Shown piece by piece: positions 13,880-28,228 of a DNA stretch of 64,000 nucleotides (its first letter is position 1; each line of letters begins with the position of its first letter). The notes beneath the pieces were generated by a model. It was not told the origin of the DNA. It did no database searches and saw only the letters and a list, made by a program, of their open reading frames with translations. Source of the stretch: Lama glama (Eukaryota); contig CM052817.1 in NCBI GenBank assembly GCA_028534125.1, forward strand, positions 78,432,001 to 78,496,000, given 5' to 3'. The position numbers and the translations under genes were made by a program.

Positions 13880-14050
13880 GAGAAAAGAGGACCAGGAATA
13901 AGAATCTCATGGAACGGGTCCGTCTTACTCAAACGCTGCCTCACATGGGTTGCAGAGTTCTCTCTACAACTCAGTTTCCTCAGCTGCAGAACAAGGGAAT
14001 TGGGTGAGTTAATCTCAAAGATACCTTCGAATTCCAAAAATTATTAACTC
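13880..14050 (+). mobile_element. MIR relic
   Basis: 'ctcagtttcctcagctgcagaacaagggaattgg...atctcaaagataccttc' matches the MIR core. Confidence 0.55.
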
Positions 14051-16925
14051 TAGCATGCTACTGGAATTGGTAAGGTTTTTATTTTTTAATTTCATTCTTT
14101 TCACTCATTGTCTTAGTTTCCTAGGTCTACTCTAACGAAGTACCACAGTTTTCTGCTACCCTGCCTCCCATCACTTAAGTATAATTGATAGTTGGCCATA
14201 ATCACCTGTCTCAAAAGAATATCATAAAAACAATATAGTAAGAAAGATTTTAAAGCACATGGGAAACAATTTATCAGGCCCTACCAATAATTAGGAGCTA
14301 AGCAATTTGCATTTCAAAGACATATTAATTCTTTCAGACCATAATAATGTGACTAGTAATGTGAATCCTGATATTAAGCCTAACTCTAATGATACTTAAT
14401 CAAAAGATCCCTTTGAAAAGTTGATCCTTTATGAGGAACAAGTATCAATTATATTGCATTTCTTTCTCCAGTCTGATGGCCCCCTTTTAATCTCTTGGAA
14501 TTTGTAAAATGCAATTATCTTTGTGGAGCTAATCTGGTGATGAAGATTTGATAATGGATTTAAACCAAATATGAAGTACATTTCTCATGTAATAAATGTA
14601 ACATTGACGGATTTTTAATAAACGTATTGTCAGAATACTATGGTTTCTGTCTTTCAACTCTTTTCTAAATCATTCAAGCCTATCTTTAAGCTTGTGGATT
14701 TAATAAATTCACATTAGTTCTAAACCCAGAGGCACCTAGCCAAGACTCATACTGGTGTTTGCCAGTGTTCCTCCAGCCCTCAACCTTTGTAACGACACAG
14801 GCAAATTTTGATGTCGAATTCAGGAAGTGGTGTGAAACTCTTACTGAAGCCTGGGCAGATTGTCAGTGTTTTCTTAGGAAGAAAATATGCATTCTGAATC
14901 AAACAGTCGGATTCTGAAAATAAATTTCTCCAAAGGAATTCTAAGGTGCCAGAGAAACCCTATGAAAGCAGTAAAAGAAATTGATGGGCTCCACAAGAAT
15001 GGAGTGTGGGTGCAGAACCTCCTGATCTAACCTGTGCCTCAGGGTTACTCTTTCCTTGAATCCTACCCCACTCCCCCAGCCACATCCTACCCCATCTCCC
15101 CACTGCTACTCTTTACTCAAACAGGGAAAACCGAGAGGTGCTTCCTTGCCAAACCCCACACAAGTAGAGTTCTGTCCTCCCCTCTGGTCGGCCAACATGC
15201 CAGTATTCCTCAGGCTGCCTTTATTAAATCGCCCACCCTGGATTCAAAGAAATTCATAAAAAGTAAAATATATACTCTTTTATGCACAAACATACAACTC
15301 AGCATTTCAGTTTTACTAACCAGGTAAATACATCTTACTTTTACAAAATGGTATAAAAGTCACCCATTATTTGAAGAACTAAATGTGTAAAAATGCAAAA
15401 ATTTTTATTCCAATAGCTTAACTTCCAATAAATGTATTTTATTACAAAATTAAATTATATAAGTCACAGTACCCATGAATTGTATTAGCTAGATCGTTAA
15501 AAATCACTGCCAATATGTATTTTCAAGTTCATAGTTAATGGGGTCCTTAAATTGCTGAAGACAATTTTGAGGCTGCTTTCTTTGCTAATTAAAACATTAT
15601 AATTTTATAATGTGTAACAATTTAAAAATTCACCTCAGTTCTGTACTGATAAAGAGATGACCTAAAACTGATTGCCAGTTCTAATAATTACATGTAAAGC
15701 TACTAATATTTTTTTTTTGCTTTCCTTTCTACTCTTCAAACATTTTTTGTTATTAAAAGTGTTACAACATAAAATTACAACCTCCCAAAAAGTCACAAAA
15801 GTCAACTATTTAGTACTATTCAACTAGAGAAATTGCTCGTCTCTGGATAAAGTAGTGCACAGTAGAGGATAATTTTTATAGACATGTGTTGTTCTATATT
15901 TACTTCAATAAAATAAATATTGTTTGGTAATGTAGAAAAGCAGTGGTTAAGTTTTTTTTTTTTTAATGCTGGATTCTATAGTGAGCAAGTGTGAATGATC
16001 TTCTTTTAGAAGTAAGTCATTCATTAAGTTAGATAATTTAAACCAAATTCACACAAGAATTTATCACTTTAAAATGAAATTCTCCCTCGTTTTCCCTCCA
16101 AGCAGTAGGAAGCAATTTCAGTAAATACAGTATTTAACTTAATGGGTTTGCATCTAATCATCACCCAAGGGTTATTCTTATGACTCCCATAGCAGTGTAC
16201 CAAACTAGGTGATTTCTCCTGGAAAACACAGAGCTTCTAGAACAGTACATTGCTTTCACATTCAATTACATACAACAAACTTCCCAGAACCTCAGGAAAA
16301 CATAGCTTCCACATGTTGGAGTGTAAGAATGTTGGGGAAAATTAACTGCAAAGGTGAACTCATTTGTTATATCTACCTCTTTATTCAATAAACGATAAAT
16401 ACACATTTGATTCATCTTTCTTCCACTAAGCTATTACAAACAATAATTCTAAATACCAGATATAAATAATCTTTAAGAGATTCATGCATTAATACAGTTG
16501 GAAGCATAGCCCTTCTACATAATTTGTTCTAAACAACCCTTCTGCCATTTTGTTCTGTTTTCCATGGTCTTATCTTCACATAGTTAAGTGAATCTTCAAT
16601 CTTTTCTTCTTGTCTTTGGTCATCTAAATCCATCAATCTAGAAAACTCTGTTTCTCTTTTCTAATCCAAACCTTGAAGGCTTTCTTGATTCATCAGACCC
16701 CATTACATTCTTTATGAACAAGTGATTTAAGTATTTAAATAGCTGCTGAGATGTGAACATGGTATCACTACTCTGGTTCTATTGAAGATAATCCAATTCC
16801 ATGAACAAATAATATTCTGATTATAAATGTTTTTATATCTGTATGGATGTTGCACAATCTTTCAGAGATAAAGAAAATAATAAAGATCTCTGAGAAACAG
16901 CTCATCCTAACCTGAAATTTGCTTC

Positions 16926-17128
16926 TTTTTTTTATTGAAGTATAGTCAGTTTACAATTTTGTCTCAATTTCTGGTGTACAGCATAATGCTTCAGTCATAC
17001 ATATACATATATATATTCCTTTTCATATTCTTTTTCATTATAGGTTACTACAAGATATTGAATATAGTTCCCTGTGCTATACAGTATACACTTGTTGTTT
17101 ATATATTTTATATATATTAGTCAGTATC
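16926..17128 (-). mobile_element. 5'-truncated artiodactyl-type L1 3' end
   Basis: Poly-T followed by attgaagtatagtcagtttacaat...gaatatagttccctgtgctatacag, a reverse-complement homolog of the 12400 copy. Confidence 0.85.
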
Positions 17129-17273
17129 CACAAGGAGCTTTCTTCTTTAATTAGTTTTTGACCCTGCTGTCTACAAAGCCAGAGACTGATTTATTGGCAC
17201 AATATTATATTTGTGTATGATATTATTAACATTGAAGAAAATTATCAAAAAGAACATTTATCCACTTTAAATA

Positions 17274-17753
17274 CAGGCACGTCTCTTTTTCTTGTGTTTC
17301 ACTTTACTGTGCTGTGCAGATATTGCATTTTTTACAAACTGAAGGTCTATGGTAGCCCTGCCTCGAGCAAGTCTTATTGGTGCCATTTCTCCAACAGCGT
17401 TTGATCATTTCCTATGTCTGTGTCACATTTTGGTAATTCTCACAATACTTTAAAACTTTTTCATCATTATTAAATTTGTTATGGTGATCTGTGATCAGTG
17501 CTCTTTGATGTTACTGTTGCAAACAGATTATGACTTGCTGAAGACTCAGATGTTGGTTAGCATTTTTTAGCAATAAAATATTTTAATGAAGGTATGTACA
17601 TTGTGATTTTAGACATAATGCCATTGCACACTCAGTAAACTCCAGTAAAGTATAAATATAACTTTTATATGCATTGGCAAACCAGAAAATTTGTGTAACT
17701 TGCTTTATTGTGGTGGTCTGGAACCGAACTTAGAGTACCTGTGATGTACACTT
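17274..17753 (+). mobile_element. Internally deleted Tigger1 (Tigger1a_Art-like) Tc1/mariner DNA transposon
   Basis: The TA|caggca start and 'cagatattgcattttttacaaactgaagg' match the Tigger1 left end, fused to the right end 'gattatgacttgctgaagactcagatg...gctttattgtggtggtctggaaccgaac'. Confidence 0.85.
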
Positions 17754-18964
17754 ACATTGAATTTCTGTTCAGATTAACAGACTCAAATATTTGTCACACA
17801 CCTTCCACAGGGAGTTCATGGCCACATTTCCTTGTGTAAGTTACTGGAGTATATATACAATTTCTCAGGCGTCTCCATATATTTGAAACCCAACAACATC
17901 TTTGGCCAGAATTTAAAAAGAAGAGGAGGTTTTATTTTTTTAAAAGATTCTTCCCTTTCTTTCCTCTAATCAATGGTTATTCTCATGGCTGAATTTTATA
18001 CTTTTTCTTTAAACTGTTAGATTTCAAATTGAATTTTAGTGTCTTTGCAGAATGATGCATACAATTGTATCACCCTAAAAAAGTTTTAAACAAAAGAAAA
18101 TTGTTTCTCCAAGAATAAAAATAGATAAAGAGCTCATTTGTCCAGGAATCTTTCTTTAATCATTTGCCCATGTGGGGACAGTCCTGTGAAGGTGGCACCC
18201 AGTGGCTATGCCCTTCACCCCCAACCACCACGATTGCCCATTACCAAGCAGGTCTGACTCTGCGCTCTCCTTCCTGTTCTAGTCCTCTGGGTAAGTCCTC
18301 TTTGCATCTAACACACTTCTTTCCCCACTTCAAGTCATAAATTTATAAATGAAGATACTTAAGGTCAGAGTCTTTGTCTGAGTCTCTAAGATGTCTTTGC
18401 TGACCTTTACTCCTTTAGGAGACAGAAGGATGAGGTAGAAGAGGCATTACTCCATGATTCAAAAGAAGGCAGTATCACAAATTCCCCAGGTGTTCGACTT
18501 GACTTCTAACAATTCTTGGATGAACGAATATCTGATCTATGCTGCTGTGCTCACATGGAAGGTGACAAGTGTGAAAACCTGTCCCTGTGTGTCTTTGGAT
18601 GTAATAGTTGGTATTAACATTGTGGCTACCTCCCCCTTATTCTTCCTTAATTTTGTGTCTATGAGTGATTTTTCTGTATCTAAAAATTATAAATGCAAAG
18701 TTTTAGCACTGTTCATACCCTTTTGGAGGGATAGCTAACTTATAGTAGGTACTCTATAAATACAGGCAAATGAATGAAAAAGAGTAAAACTTTTAAAATG
18801 ACTGGCAAATTGACCAAAATTACAGACATCTTCTCAGTAACTCTCATAATGCCCACAAGAGTAACATAGTCATAAGAAATAACACAACAAGCATTATTCA
18901 GAAGTTGCTATTCTTGTAAAACTTCGTTCCAGCTTAGTCTTATCTTGCAAAATCTCCCCCCATT

Positions 18965-19090
18965 ATTTGTGTCCAGACAGGGATTTTTGTTCATTTTGCT
19001 CTCTGCTGTATCCTTACTGCCTGGAACAGTATTTGGTACACAGAAGGCACTCAATAAATACTACTGAACAAATGAAGGAATGAGTAACAA
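18965..19090 (+). mobile_element. L2 3' terminus
   Basis: 'gcctggaacagtatttggtacacagaaggcactcaataaatactactgaacaaatgaa' is the L2 tail. Confidence 0.65.
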
Positions 19091-22000
19091 ACGACAACAG
19101 TGGAGTTTAATATTTATTGAGTACTTACTAGTGAAACACTGGTTAAATTCCCAACTAGACCTTCTCAGTTTTCTTTACAAACACAAGGAATTTTAGATCA
19201 CTTAGAAGAACAATCCAGATGCAAAAACACTGAAGCAGAGCTGTACCTGGATGATTCAAGCACTCATAAATGTATACACGTACATTTATACTGAAAATAA
19301 TTTTTTTCAGCTAGACTTACACAATTCAGTAAAGTACAGAATAGGTGTTTTGCCTGAATTACCTTGTTATTGTTTGGAGTTTCCATATTATTGTCTTACT
19401 TCATAGTAAACCTTGGTTAACAAGTGGAAAGTTAAAACACTTACTCTTAATTTTACTTATTGTGGTTTTTGTGGAAATTATATGAGATAATGAATATAAA
19501 ACAGAGTGAGAGCCTTGCAGATACTAAATGTTCAATAAACGTTAGTTATTCTTGTTATTTCCTAAGATACTGTTACCCCAGGTGCACTTATAACTCTAAG
19601 GCAAATCAATGGTAGACTACTGATGGCCAAGATTCGTCTTTCAATTAAGAATATATGACTATGATAGCACTATATTCTCTTCAAAGTGATTTACACTGTT
19701 TACTTGAGAATAATCTCTAGGACTTTCATTGTGGGCAGTCCATCACTTTACTCATGGCTGCTTCGCTACAAGTCACAAGAGAAGCGTGATTGGCTGGAAC
19801 TTATGGAGATATTGGCACGTGTTAATAATCCACAATGACCACATAAGTAAGTATGAAACTAAAATGAGAAATATTAAGTAATGTGCATATTTCCCTTGGA
19901 AAGATCAGCTTTACTTTGGTGTGTATAAAAGTGTGATGGGCATATGGTAATCCTTCTTTCACAGAAAACAAGCAGAAGCAGGATATGGCCTCCACACTTG
20001 CAGTTAATACTTGGACAGTATGCTCCGGATAGATAAGGCACCATACTGAATATTTGGCTTTAAAAGATGTTTCTCAAAGTTGAGTTAAATGAAAAGCTTC
20101 AGAATCTCAACTCTCCTGCCCTTTTAGTATCTTTGGCCATGGCTTATATTTATATGATATGAAATAATGACATTAAGTGAATTAATAAGGTGGAGGGAAG
20201 ACTCCAATGATTGCATATTTAAGCCAGTGAAAGCAAGCATTCTTGTCTTAAACTGAGAGAGCTAATGTTAAAACAGAGCTCTGAATGCCCTCTCTCTCTG
20301 GATCTCATTCAGGTTGACGAACCATTAGACTCCTTAACTTCCCAACCGAACTCTTTAAAGGAATCTATTAGTAAATGAGAGTCACTAATTAAAGAAAAAA
20401 AAAAGTGTGAAGAATTTCTAGAGTTTAATTCAGCTTCAACTTTCTATTCAAATTTGTTTGCTTATGCAAAACGCATGACAAACACTCTGAAAAGGATAAG
20501 ACAGAAATCTCAGAAGAGCAAGCTCTTTACTATATATAAATACCAAACTGTGAAAGATGTTAGGTTATTAAAGTACACATCATGCTGTACCCCAATGTTA
20601 TCTCATAACACTTTAATCTTTTACTGTTATCAATATTCATTATATAATAATGACTCTCTTTATTGACTAACTAGCCAAAAATATATACCCCAGAGACCAA
20701 GTAATCAGTAGCAAGAACCATAAGAAATAATGGTATCAAAATTTTCTCCCATATTTAAGCTTTCCTTTCACTTCAGTGATGGGGACATTGCTGACAGAGA
20801 AAATCAGACCAGGAGTAGCTGATACAATATTCTTGAAACAGAAGCAGAGACTCTCAGATGCATGCATTCCTTTCCTAACGTAAGGAAAGCTACAGGTCCA
20901 TGACTTTTCAAAAACTGTGTTCTTTTCTGATGTATCTAAAAGAGCAATGTAAACAATACCTTCAGCAAATAGCGGAATAATACTTTCTACCCCTGAGTTT
21001 TGTTTCCACTCAGTGTCCATTAAAACGGCAAAGCAAGGAAAGTAAGGTCCAGAAAATTGTAAACCTGGAAGGAACTCCTGGAAGATTTAAGCTAATGTTC
21101 AAAGGAGCAAAATTAGTGACAGAAATTGTAAGACAAACCCTCACTAAGCCTTTATAATGGGTAGCAAGTTTCTTTGGGTGCAGGTGAGAGTATATGGAAT
21201 TGCTGGGCCCGTTTTTGGCTGAGCCTCAGGGCTTGGATCTGGAAGGTGACACCCTGCTTTATAGAATTGCTTTTGACAGCTCTGTTCCTCCACAGCAATA
21301 GCTCAGCATGAGGGGAGTCCCTTTGCGACATTAGGAGGGGTGGGGATTAAGGCGAGGATGTGGTATCACTGCAGGGCATGGGCAAGGTCATATAACATCC
21401 TATGCACTACATTCTGCTTCTGAAACAGAGCTTCCTGCCTCTCTTCTTCACAGTAGTTCGGTGTTGATGGGAAGGGGACAGTTGGAGATATAAGACCTGG
21501 AACAAATTGCACTGACATGAACTCAACACAAACCACATGTTCACTACTGATTTCGAACTTGTGTTCCTCAGAAGAAATCAAAGGCATAATTTTCTTTCTT
21601 AAACAATTAAACAGGCCTTTTTGTCAGTATTTAAGAGGGCCCTCCTACCCTTAGGGAAAATGCTCCCTCTCCTCAATTTCATAATGTTGTTTTCTTTGCC
21701 TACCCTTTTGATGATGTGAAAACCATATGATTTTTCCTCTAATATACTTTGATTTGCTACGAGTAAATGACTTATCAAACTAAAAATTGGTAACATTTGC
21801 ATACAGAGGTGATTTCAAATTCATTTGACTTTAATCAGTATTTTGATCTAGTCCATTAATCTCTTAATTATCATCACTTTCAACTAAGTTAATTTTGGGT
21901 TGATTCAGGTTTGGAGAATTTTAATTTTGATCAGCAGAAACATGCTTATGAAAGTGACATGATGCTGTAAATTTGCTGCCTCACAAGGGAGAGGCTTTCG

Positions 22001-23260
22001 TGAAAATCATTTCTCACTTTGCTTGTGTTTTCCCCCATCCTATTCATATTTTAATTACTGTTGCAAAGAATATTCTTTCCTCTCATCCCAGATTCCTGGA
22101 CTACCAATAAGCCTCAAAAATGCATACGTAACTAAAATTTTAAAAGGAACCACTGCCTGGGTCCTGGGGAAAGGACACCCACGCTTGATGTTTGCACCTG
22201 ACCTTTATTTTCAAACGTGCGTGCTTTCATTCACCAAGACATTTTGCTTCCATTCCGAGCTTTTATTCTATACAGCATTAAAAAATTCTGTTTTCTTTTA
22301 CCAGAGGAACATAGACACTTAAGATAATCAATTACTCTCCTCATTATTTCTTTAATAATACCCAAAATTACAAAGCAATTTAATCCAGGGGCCCATCTTT
22401 AAAACACTTCACAAAACTAAGCTAATTTGCCATTGTAATTCCCCAAGAATGGCTATTATCCTCTCTTTACAAAGGGTGAGCTAAAAGGTTAAGTGAAGAG
22501 CTTTAGGCTACTGAATAAGTTAATGCCATTTCTGGGAGTTGATCACAGGAATGCCAGGTTCCTGCCTTTAAGCTCCAATTAGAATACCACTTTCATAAGA
22601 ATGACCCATTGAAAAGTCTGAATAAGGGCACATTTTTATTCAAGGCATTTTCTCCTATTTAAAAGTAACCATATAAAGTATATCTGATCTGTGTAATTTT
22701 AAGCATTTTTTTCTGAACAAGTGTTTATTGTATAACACTTGGAATACACAGAAATACATAAAGAGTAAAATAATAATGACTTGCCAGTCAGAGATAGCCA
22801 TTAGTCAAATTGTATATAGATGTGTGTTTTCTGTGTGTAATTTTACTTTTATTTTAGATGATTGTTAGTACACTTGAGTTGAGATTTGTAAACTTTTTTT
22901 CATGGAAATATAAATTATATATATAACACATTCTCATTTTAATTTATTTTTCCTAAATAATAGCAAAGACAAAGTGTCAGAAGTGAACAGAAAACAGGGA
23001 GAATAGAACACAGGATACAACTTGAAGAAAACAGCAAATGTTTGCATAAGAGGTAGCCTAGAGCCAGAAATATGAATGGTGTGAACATTAAACAAGGAAT
23101 CTGAGTTTGATAAGTGAAACCGTTGCTCACAAACCTGAATGCCCCTATCTTTTAGTGCATGATTTCACCAAAGCTAAGAGATATAAAACTTGATGGAGAG
23201 CAATAACCATGAACATTGCCTGAGACCTTCATACTTGCCAAGTACTCCTCCCCAAAGTGT

Positions 23261-25382
23261 CAGGGCTGGAGCCAGGCTCTGTGGGGTCTAACACTTATGC
23301 AGTTGGAGGGGGAGAAGCTTCAAGAAAGAAACAACAAAATTAAGATGCAAAATTAGTTACGAAAGCTAAAATGTATTTAATTAAAAAGAATACATTATAA
23401 ATTTTAAATAGCTGAAAAAAGATAAGAGCATTCTGTGGTATAATTTATAAATTATACTTCAAAAGAAAAATGTTCAGTGAAACCACAAACATCCCCAAAT
23501 CCAGGTTAAAAAATACAATGTCCACATGCTTCTGTAATAACTTTGTTGTCTCACTTTTTGGTGCACTCTTTTTGATTGTTGTTTCTGATGACAAAGATTT
23601 AGTGATATTGTTTTCCACAGAGAGAAGAGAAAGAATTTAAACTTTTCTCTGGCATGATTACTTGAAATTTGTTTTAAGTACTAACAGTTTAGAAAAAATA
23701 TTCTGTAGCTTCACAGATGTTTATTAGTAAATGATCATGAATTTTTTGTTGTTTGCTGAAGTCCCCTACTTTCTTTTTTAAATTTATAAACTGCAGGACT
23801 TCAGGGAACTTCAAGTTATGTCTGTGAATTTTTGTCACTGTCAGTATTTAATATCCAATCCTTAAAAAATGTAAGTCTTTTTCTAGCATGTATATAATTC
23901 ACTTCTCTGTGTGAATTTGATTGTCAAAAATCCCAGGGCTTATTTATTATTGTATTTAAACCTTGCCTCTTCTTTTTAATTAACTGCAACTTTTGAAATG
24001 ATCTAAAGTATGTTTTATTATAATTTGCTTCTCAACATCAGAATAATTTATATTTATTTTGAGACAGGAAGGGGGCAAGGCACAGCCATTCAAGGAATGA
24101 TACTGCAATTAACATCAAAATGGTGAAAGATTCAACCCCCAGAAGGCCTTGAAGCTAAAGATGGTGGAAGATTTGACTTCTAGCAGATCTTGAGCTTCAT
24201 TATATGCCCATTGTAATATGTTAGCATGGTGAATAACATGCCCACATGCGCCATGGCAGTCCCAAGGCTAGCCACAAAAGGTCAAAGAGTGGGAAATAGC
24301 GAACTTTCTGGGAATCCCAGCCCCTTCCCCAGGCTAGTTAGACTGGTCCTTCCACTTATTAGCATATGAAGCCACTGAGTCCATAAAAACTGGCAACATG
24401 GCGCTTCATGGCCGCCCCCCCTCCCCCTTCGCAGACAGCCTGCACTGTCTATGGAGTGTGTACCTACTTTTACTTTAATCTGAGCACCCAACCCCCATAC
24501 CTCATGGCCTTTCTCTTGCCTTTCGATGTATCTTTCTAAGTAAATCTACCTTTACTCAGCTGTGGCTTGCTCTTGAATTCTTTCCTGCATGAAGCCCAGG
24601 ACCCACACTTGGCAGGGCATGTCCCAGGGTCTCAACCAAAACCTGGGACACTGCCCTTCTCATGCATCAGTTTTTCCTGCATCAATCTCATCACTCATCT
24701 TAACACTTTTGTTTCACATTTCATTAATTTTTATCTGAATTTTCACTTAGTTCTCTAATAAGTAAATTTAAAGATAATAAAAGATATGACCAAATCAGAA
24801 GTCTATAATTTTTCATTTACTTTATTGAAATATTCCAAAATGTCTTTCCAATTTCCAGCTAAAATGGTGTGTTAAGAGTTGTATTCACTCATGCATCAAA
24901 TTTAAAATAAAAGGAATTAGATTATATGTATATAATTACAATTATGCATTATGGAGAATATTCCTGACAGGAGAGAAATTTCCACAGGTTGGCTGCTGGT
25001 GCCATGCGTTTCAAACCTGGTTGCTTCACAATTATCCACATACTTCAGCACTGGGTGCTACAGAACATGCTTATTCCTCTGGCCCTGCAATATTCTGTTA
25101 ATCGATTCAGCTTTCAGCTTTTCCTTAGCCACATCCCCCAAATGCATGGGTTACTCCAGCCTCACGCAACCAGAGAGGAACTGTGATGGAGGGAAGTTGG
25201 AGTACAAAGAGCCATCAGTCTTCATCAAATGTGGATAAAACATCTTATGTTCGTAAATTTTATAAAAACATATAACCATATATGTAGATTTCTAGCCACC
25301 CAACCCCGCCCCACCCACCGCCAAGGTCCTAGAAGGAGCCTAGGGGAATAAGAGTTTTAGTTTCATGGTAAATCCACCTCAG
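23261..25382. mobile_element. hAT-Tip100 DNA transposon (Zaphod/MER115-like), interrupted by a solo LTR
   Basis: The left end cagggctggagccaggctctgtggggtctaacacttatgcagtt and right end agtttcatggtaaatccacctcag resemble Zaphod termini, with an AT-rich internal body. Family named from memory. Confidence 0.6.
24060..24684 (+). mobile_element. ERV1 solo LTR, MER41-like
   Basis: TG...CA termini (tgagacagg...ttttcctgcatca) and a 4-bp TSD attt/atct. TATA-like cataaaaa and 'tcttgaattctttcctgcatgaagcccagga' are typical of the MER41/MER4-group. Confidence 0.75.
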
Positions 25383-25399
25383 ATTAGTTTATTCTTCTT

Positions 25400-25770
25400 A
25401 GCAAGTGTATAAACTAAGTGCTATCGTTACCTCCAGATGAGGGAACTCCGGATGGCTAAGCGACTTGCCCAAGGGCACATAGCTACCAAGGGCTGGAACC
25501 AAAATTTAACTCCAAGTGGTTGAGTGTGGAACCCGAAGCATGCAACTGAATGCTTACCATGGGCCAGGAGCTATCTGAGCACTTTACATTCACTAGTTAA
25601 TCCTCATAACAATAGCACAGTATAGGTATTGTTACTATCCCCATTTAGCAGATGGGGATAATCAAGGAACAAAGAGACTTTTATTCGCCCAAGGTCATCC
25701 AGTTGGTAAGAAGTGATTCAAATGCAGCTCTGTCTATGGAGTCCAAACACCTAACCACTTCACCACTTCT
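25400..25770 (-). mobile_element. Two adjacent MIR relics
   Basis: 'cagatgagggaact...gacttgcccaagg' and 'atccccatttagcagatgggg...gcccaaggtcatccag' are MIR cores. Confidence 0.65.
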
Positions 25771-26279
25771 CCTTCCCCAAACATCATGACTATCATATGG
25801 ATATACTATGAAGTAAACTGAAAAACCCACTTCAAAAGAAAGTGCAATAAGAGAATTTTTGCACTTGCAGAGAGCTCCTCGGACTAAACTCCCAGGTGTC
25901 TTATAATGGGTGAGGACATACTCTTTTTATCTATTTGATCTACTTTGATAAAAGTTGACATTGATAATGAAAGTATTGAAGTTTTTACACAGGGAGTGGC
26001 ATGATAAAAACTGTTTTAAGAAAGGTATAAAGAAGGTTTGGGTTAGAAGGAAAGAGGAAATTAAATTAGAATGTAGTTGAAGTGGCAGAAGAGAGTAGCG
26101 CTTGGAAACAAAAGAAAAGACAAGTTTTGAAGAGAAAAGTGGATGAAAGATAATATAAAAGACAGAAAAAAATCAAAAGTAAAGGGACAGAAACTGGAGA
26201 GGAGGATAAGAATAAGCACTTTGAAGTAGAGGGAGGTCAGTTCAAGTTTGGAGATAAATTAGCATGAAGTCTTTGGAAT

Positions 26280-26440
26280 TGCATGAAACATTTGAAACCA
26301 TCTGATCCAACCTCCTCATTCTATAATGAGGGATACTGAGACCTACAAGTTGATATGACTTATTCAAAGTCATCAAGTAGTAGGAGTCAGTACTAGCTCT
26401 GGAGCTATGGTGATGTCCAGCTAATGCTGGAGCTTTTCAA
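26280..26440 (-). mobile_element. MIR relic
   Basis: 'tccaacctcctcattctataatgagggatactgagacc...tgacttattcaaagtca'. Confidence 0.6.
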
Positions 26441-28228
26441 GGGTGTTGTCCTGCTGGCACTCAGGAAATAGGGGCCTGGAAAGCAGGCAAAAGGCAGGGA
26501 ATATGATATTCATTTAGAAATTATCTGAAAAGATGATGGGTGAAACCTGGCAACTGGATTAGCTCAAGGTTGGGAGTTTACAGGAAAGTGAAAAGAGGCA
26601 CCAGATACAAGCGTGTGCAAAACCAGCATGGGAGGCTGAGCCAGGGTTGTTGGGGAGGGAAGGAGGCGGTGATAGTAAAGCGAGAACACAAGAGTCAGAA
26701 CAAAGGCCAAATTGAAGCAGTGGAAACATCTGGAAGGCAAGCCAAGACAAGAGAATAGTAAAGAAAGCCTGAGTGGTCTAAAGAGGCAAATACCTAGGAA
26801 GAATCAAACACGGGAGCTGAGAAAGGACCATTTCCATTTTTCATGAAGTGGTCAGAGAGGCTGTAATTAGATTAAGTTTTTAAGAGTTGAGAATAAAGGG
26901 ATTTGAGAAATCCATTTGCCAGGAGTTACATCAGGAATGTTTACACAAGCTTTTAAATACCTTCCTACTCTTTAAGTTGACCATCCTTTAAATATTTTTA
27001 TTTGCTTCAATTGCAACAGGCACACAGAGTGTGTAGGAAATATTATCAATATACTAAATATGAGGCTATTGGTGAGAAGAACGCAAGCTTGGGTTCTTTG
27101 AAGGCAGGCAATATTTATTTTATCTTTGTACTTTCTGTTCCCAGCACAGACTTGGTACATCCTGGGTGCCCAGTGAATGGCAAAAAAATGAAACATGCAT
27201 GATCAGTAATAGAATGGTTAGTAATCAAATCTTTGTTCTTAGTTTGCTGTCTCCTGTACTTCATTTAGTTTCTTAGGACAACCACCAAAGTTGAGATTGG
27301 TATTTAAGTATTCTATATACAGAACACCAGATCAGAATGTGAGGTCTGGGGATGAGAATAGTCTGTTAAACCATGTAAGGAAATACTTAAGACTCTCTCC
27401 CCAATATCTTCTCTATATCATAACTCTTCAACTTGGAGGGCTGACCTCTAAACTCCAGGAGTGAACCTTAATTGATAATCAATCAATCAATCAGATTAAT
27501 TCCATCCCCTTTTCCACAAGGCTGGTGACGCATGCTTAGGCCAGCTGAGGGCAAGACATTAGCCCGGCCGTAGAAATTATTTCAAGGATTATGGGGACAT
27601 GCACAACCTTTGTCCTACAAACTCTCACTTTTTTCCCCAGGACTTAAATTGGAGCAACAAAAGGTGAATATCAGAACAAAAATCAGAAATATTTTTGGGA
27701 TTCCGGTGTCTCTCTCTCCTCCTTTTGGGATTGTGATTGATGTCATAAGGCAAAAAGCACAAATTGTCTGCTTGATGCTTCCTTTTCCACTTTCATAAAG
27801 CTTGAGCTAGGGAACAGCCTCCTGGAGGAATGGAGAGCAGGAAGTGACCCTTCTAGACTGAGGAAGAAATGGAGGTCGGTGGGTTGCAGAGGAACTGTAC
27901 TGAGCCCTTGCAGGGAACGCAGCACAGGTCACTGAGAGAGGCCAGTTTGGAATGACTAAAACTTCCCCAAAATATCTGTGCCACGGGTGACAACACAGAC
28001 TCAGAATGGCCAGTCCTGTTGGATGCATTTAGGTTATAACTCTTCTTGTCTTATTAGTGACCAGTGTAGAAAAATGAACAGCAGTGACCCAAAGAATCTT
28101 TCAATGCATAGGAATATGTATAAAACTCTAGAATCTTTCCATACCTTTGTATAGGGAAGCCTGGTAATGACTGAAGTTGAATTACCTTCCAGCTTGACAA
28201 GATGAGGGCTTTAAAGAAAATTTAAAAA

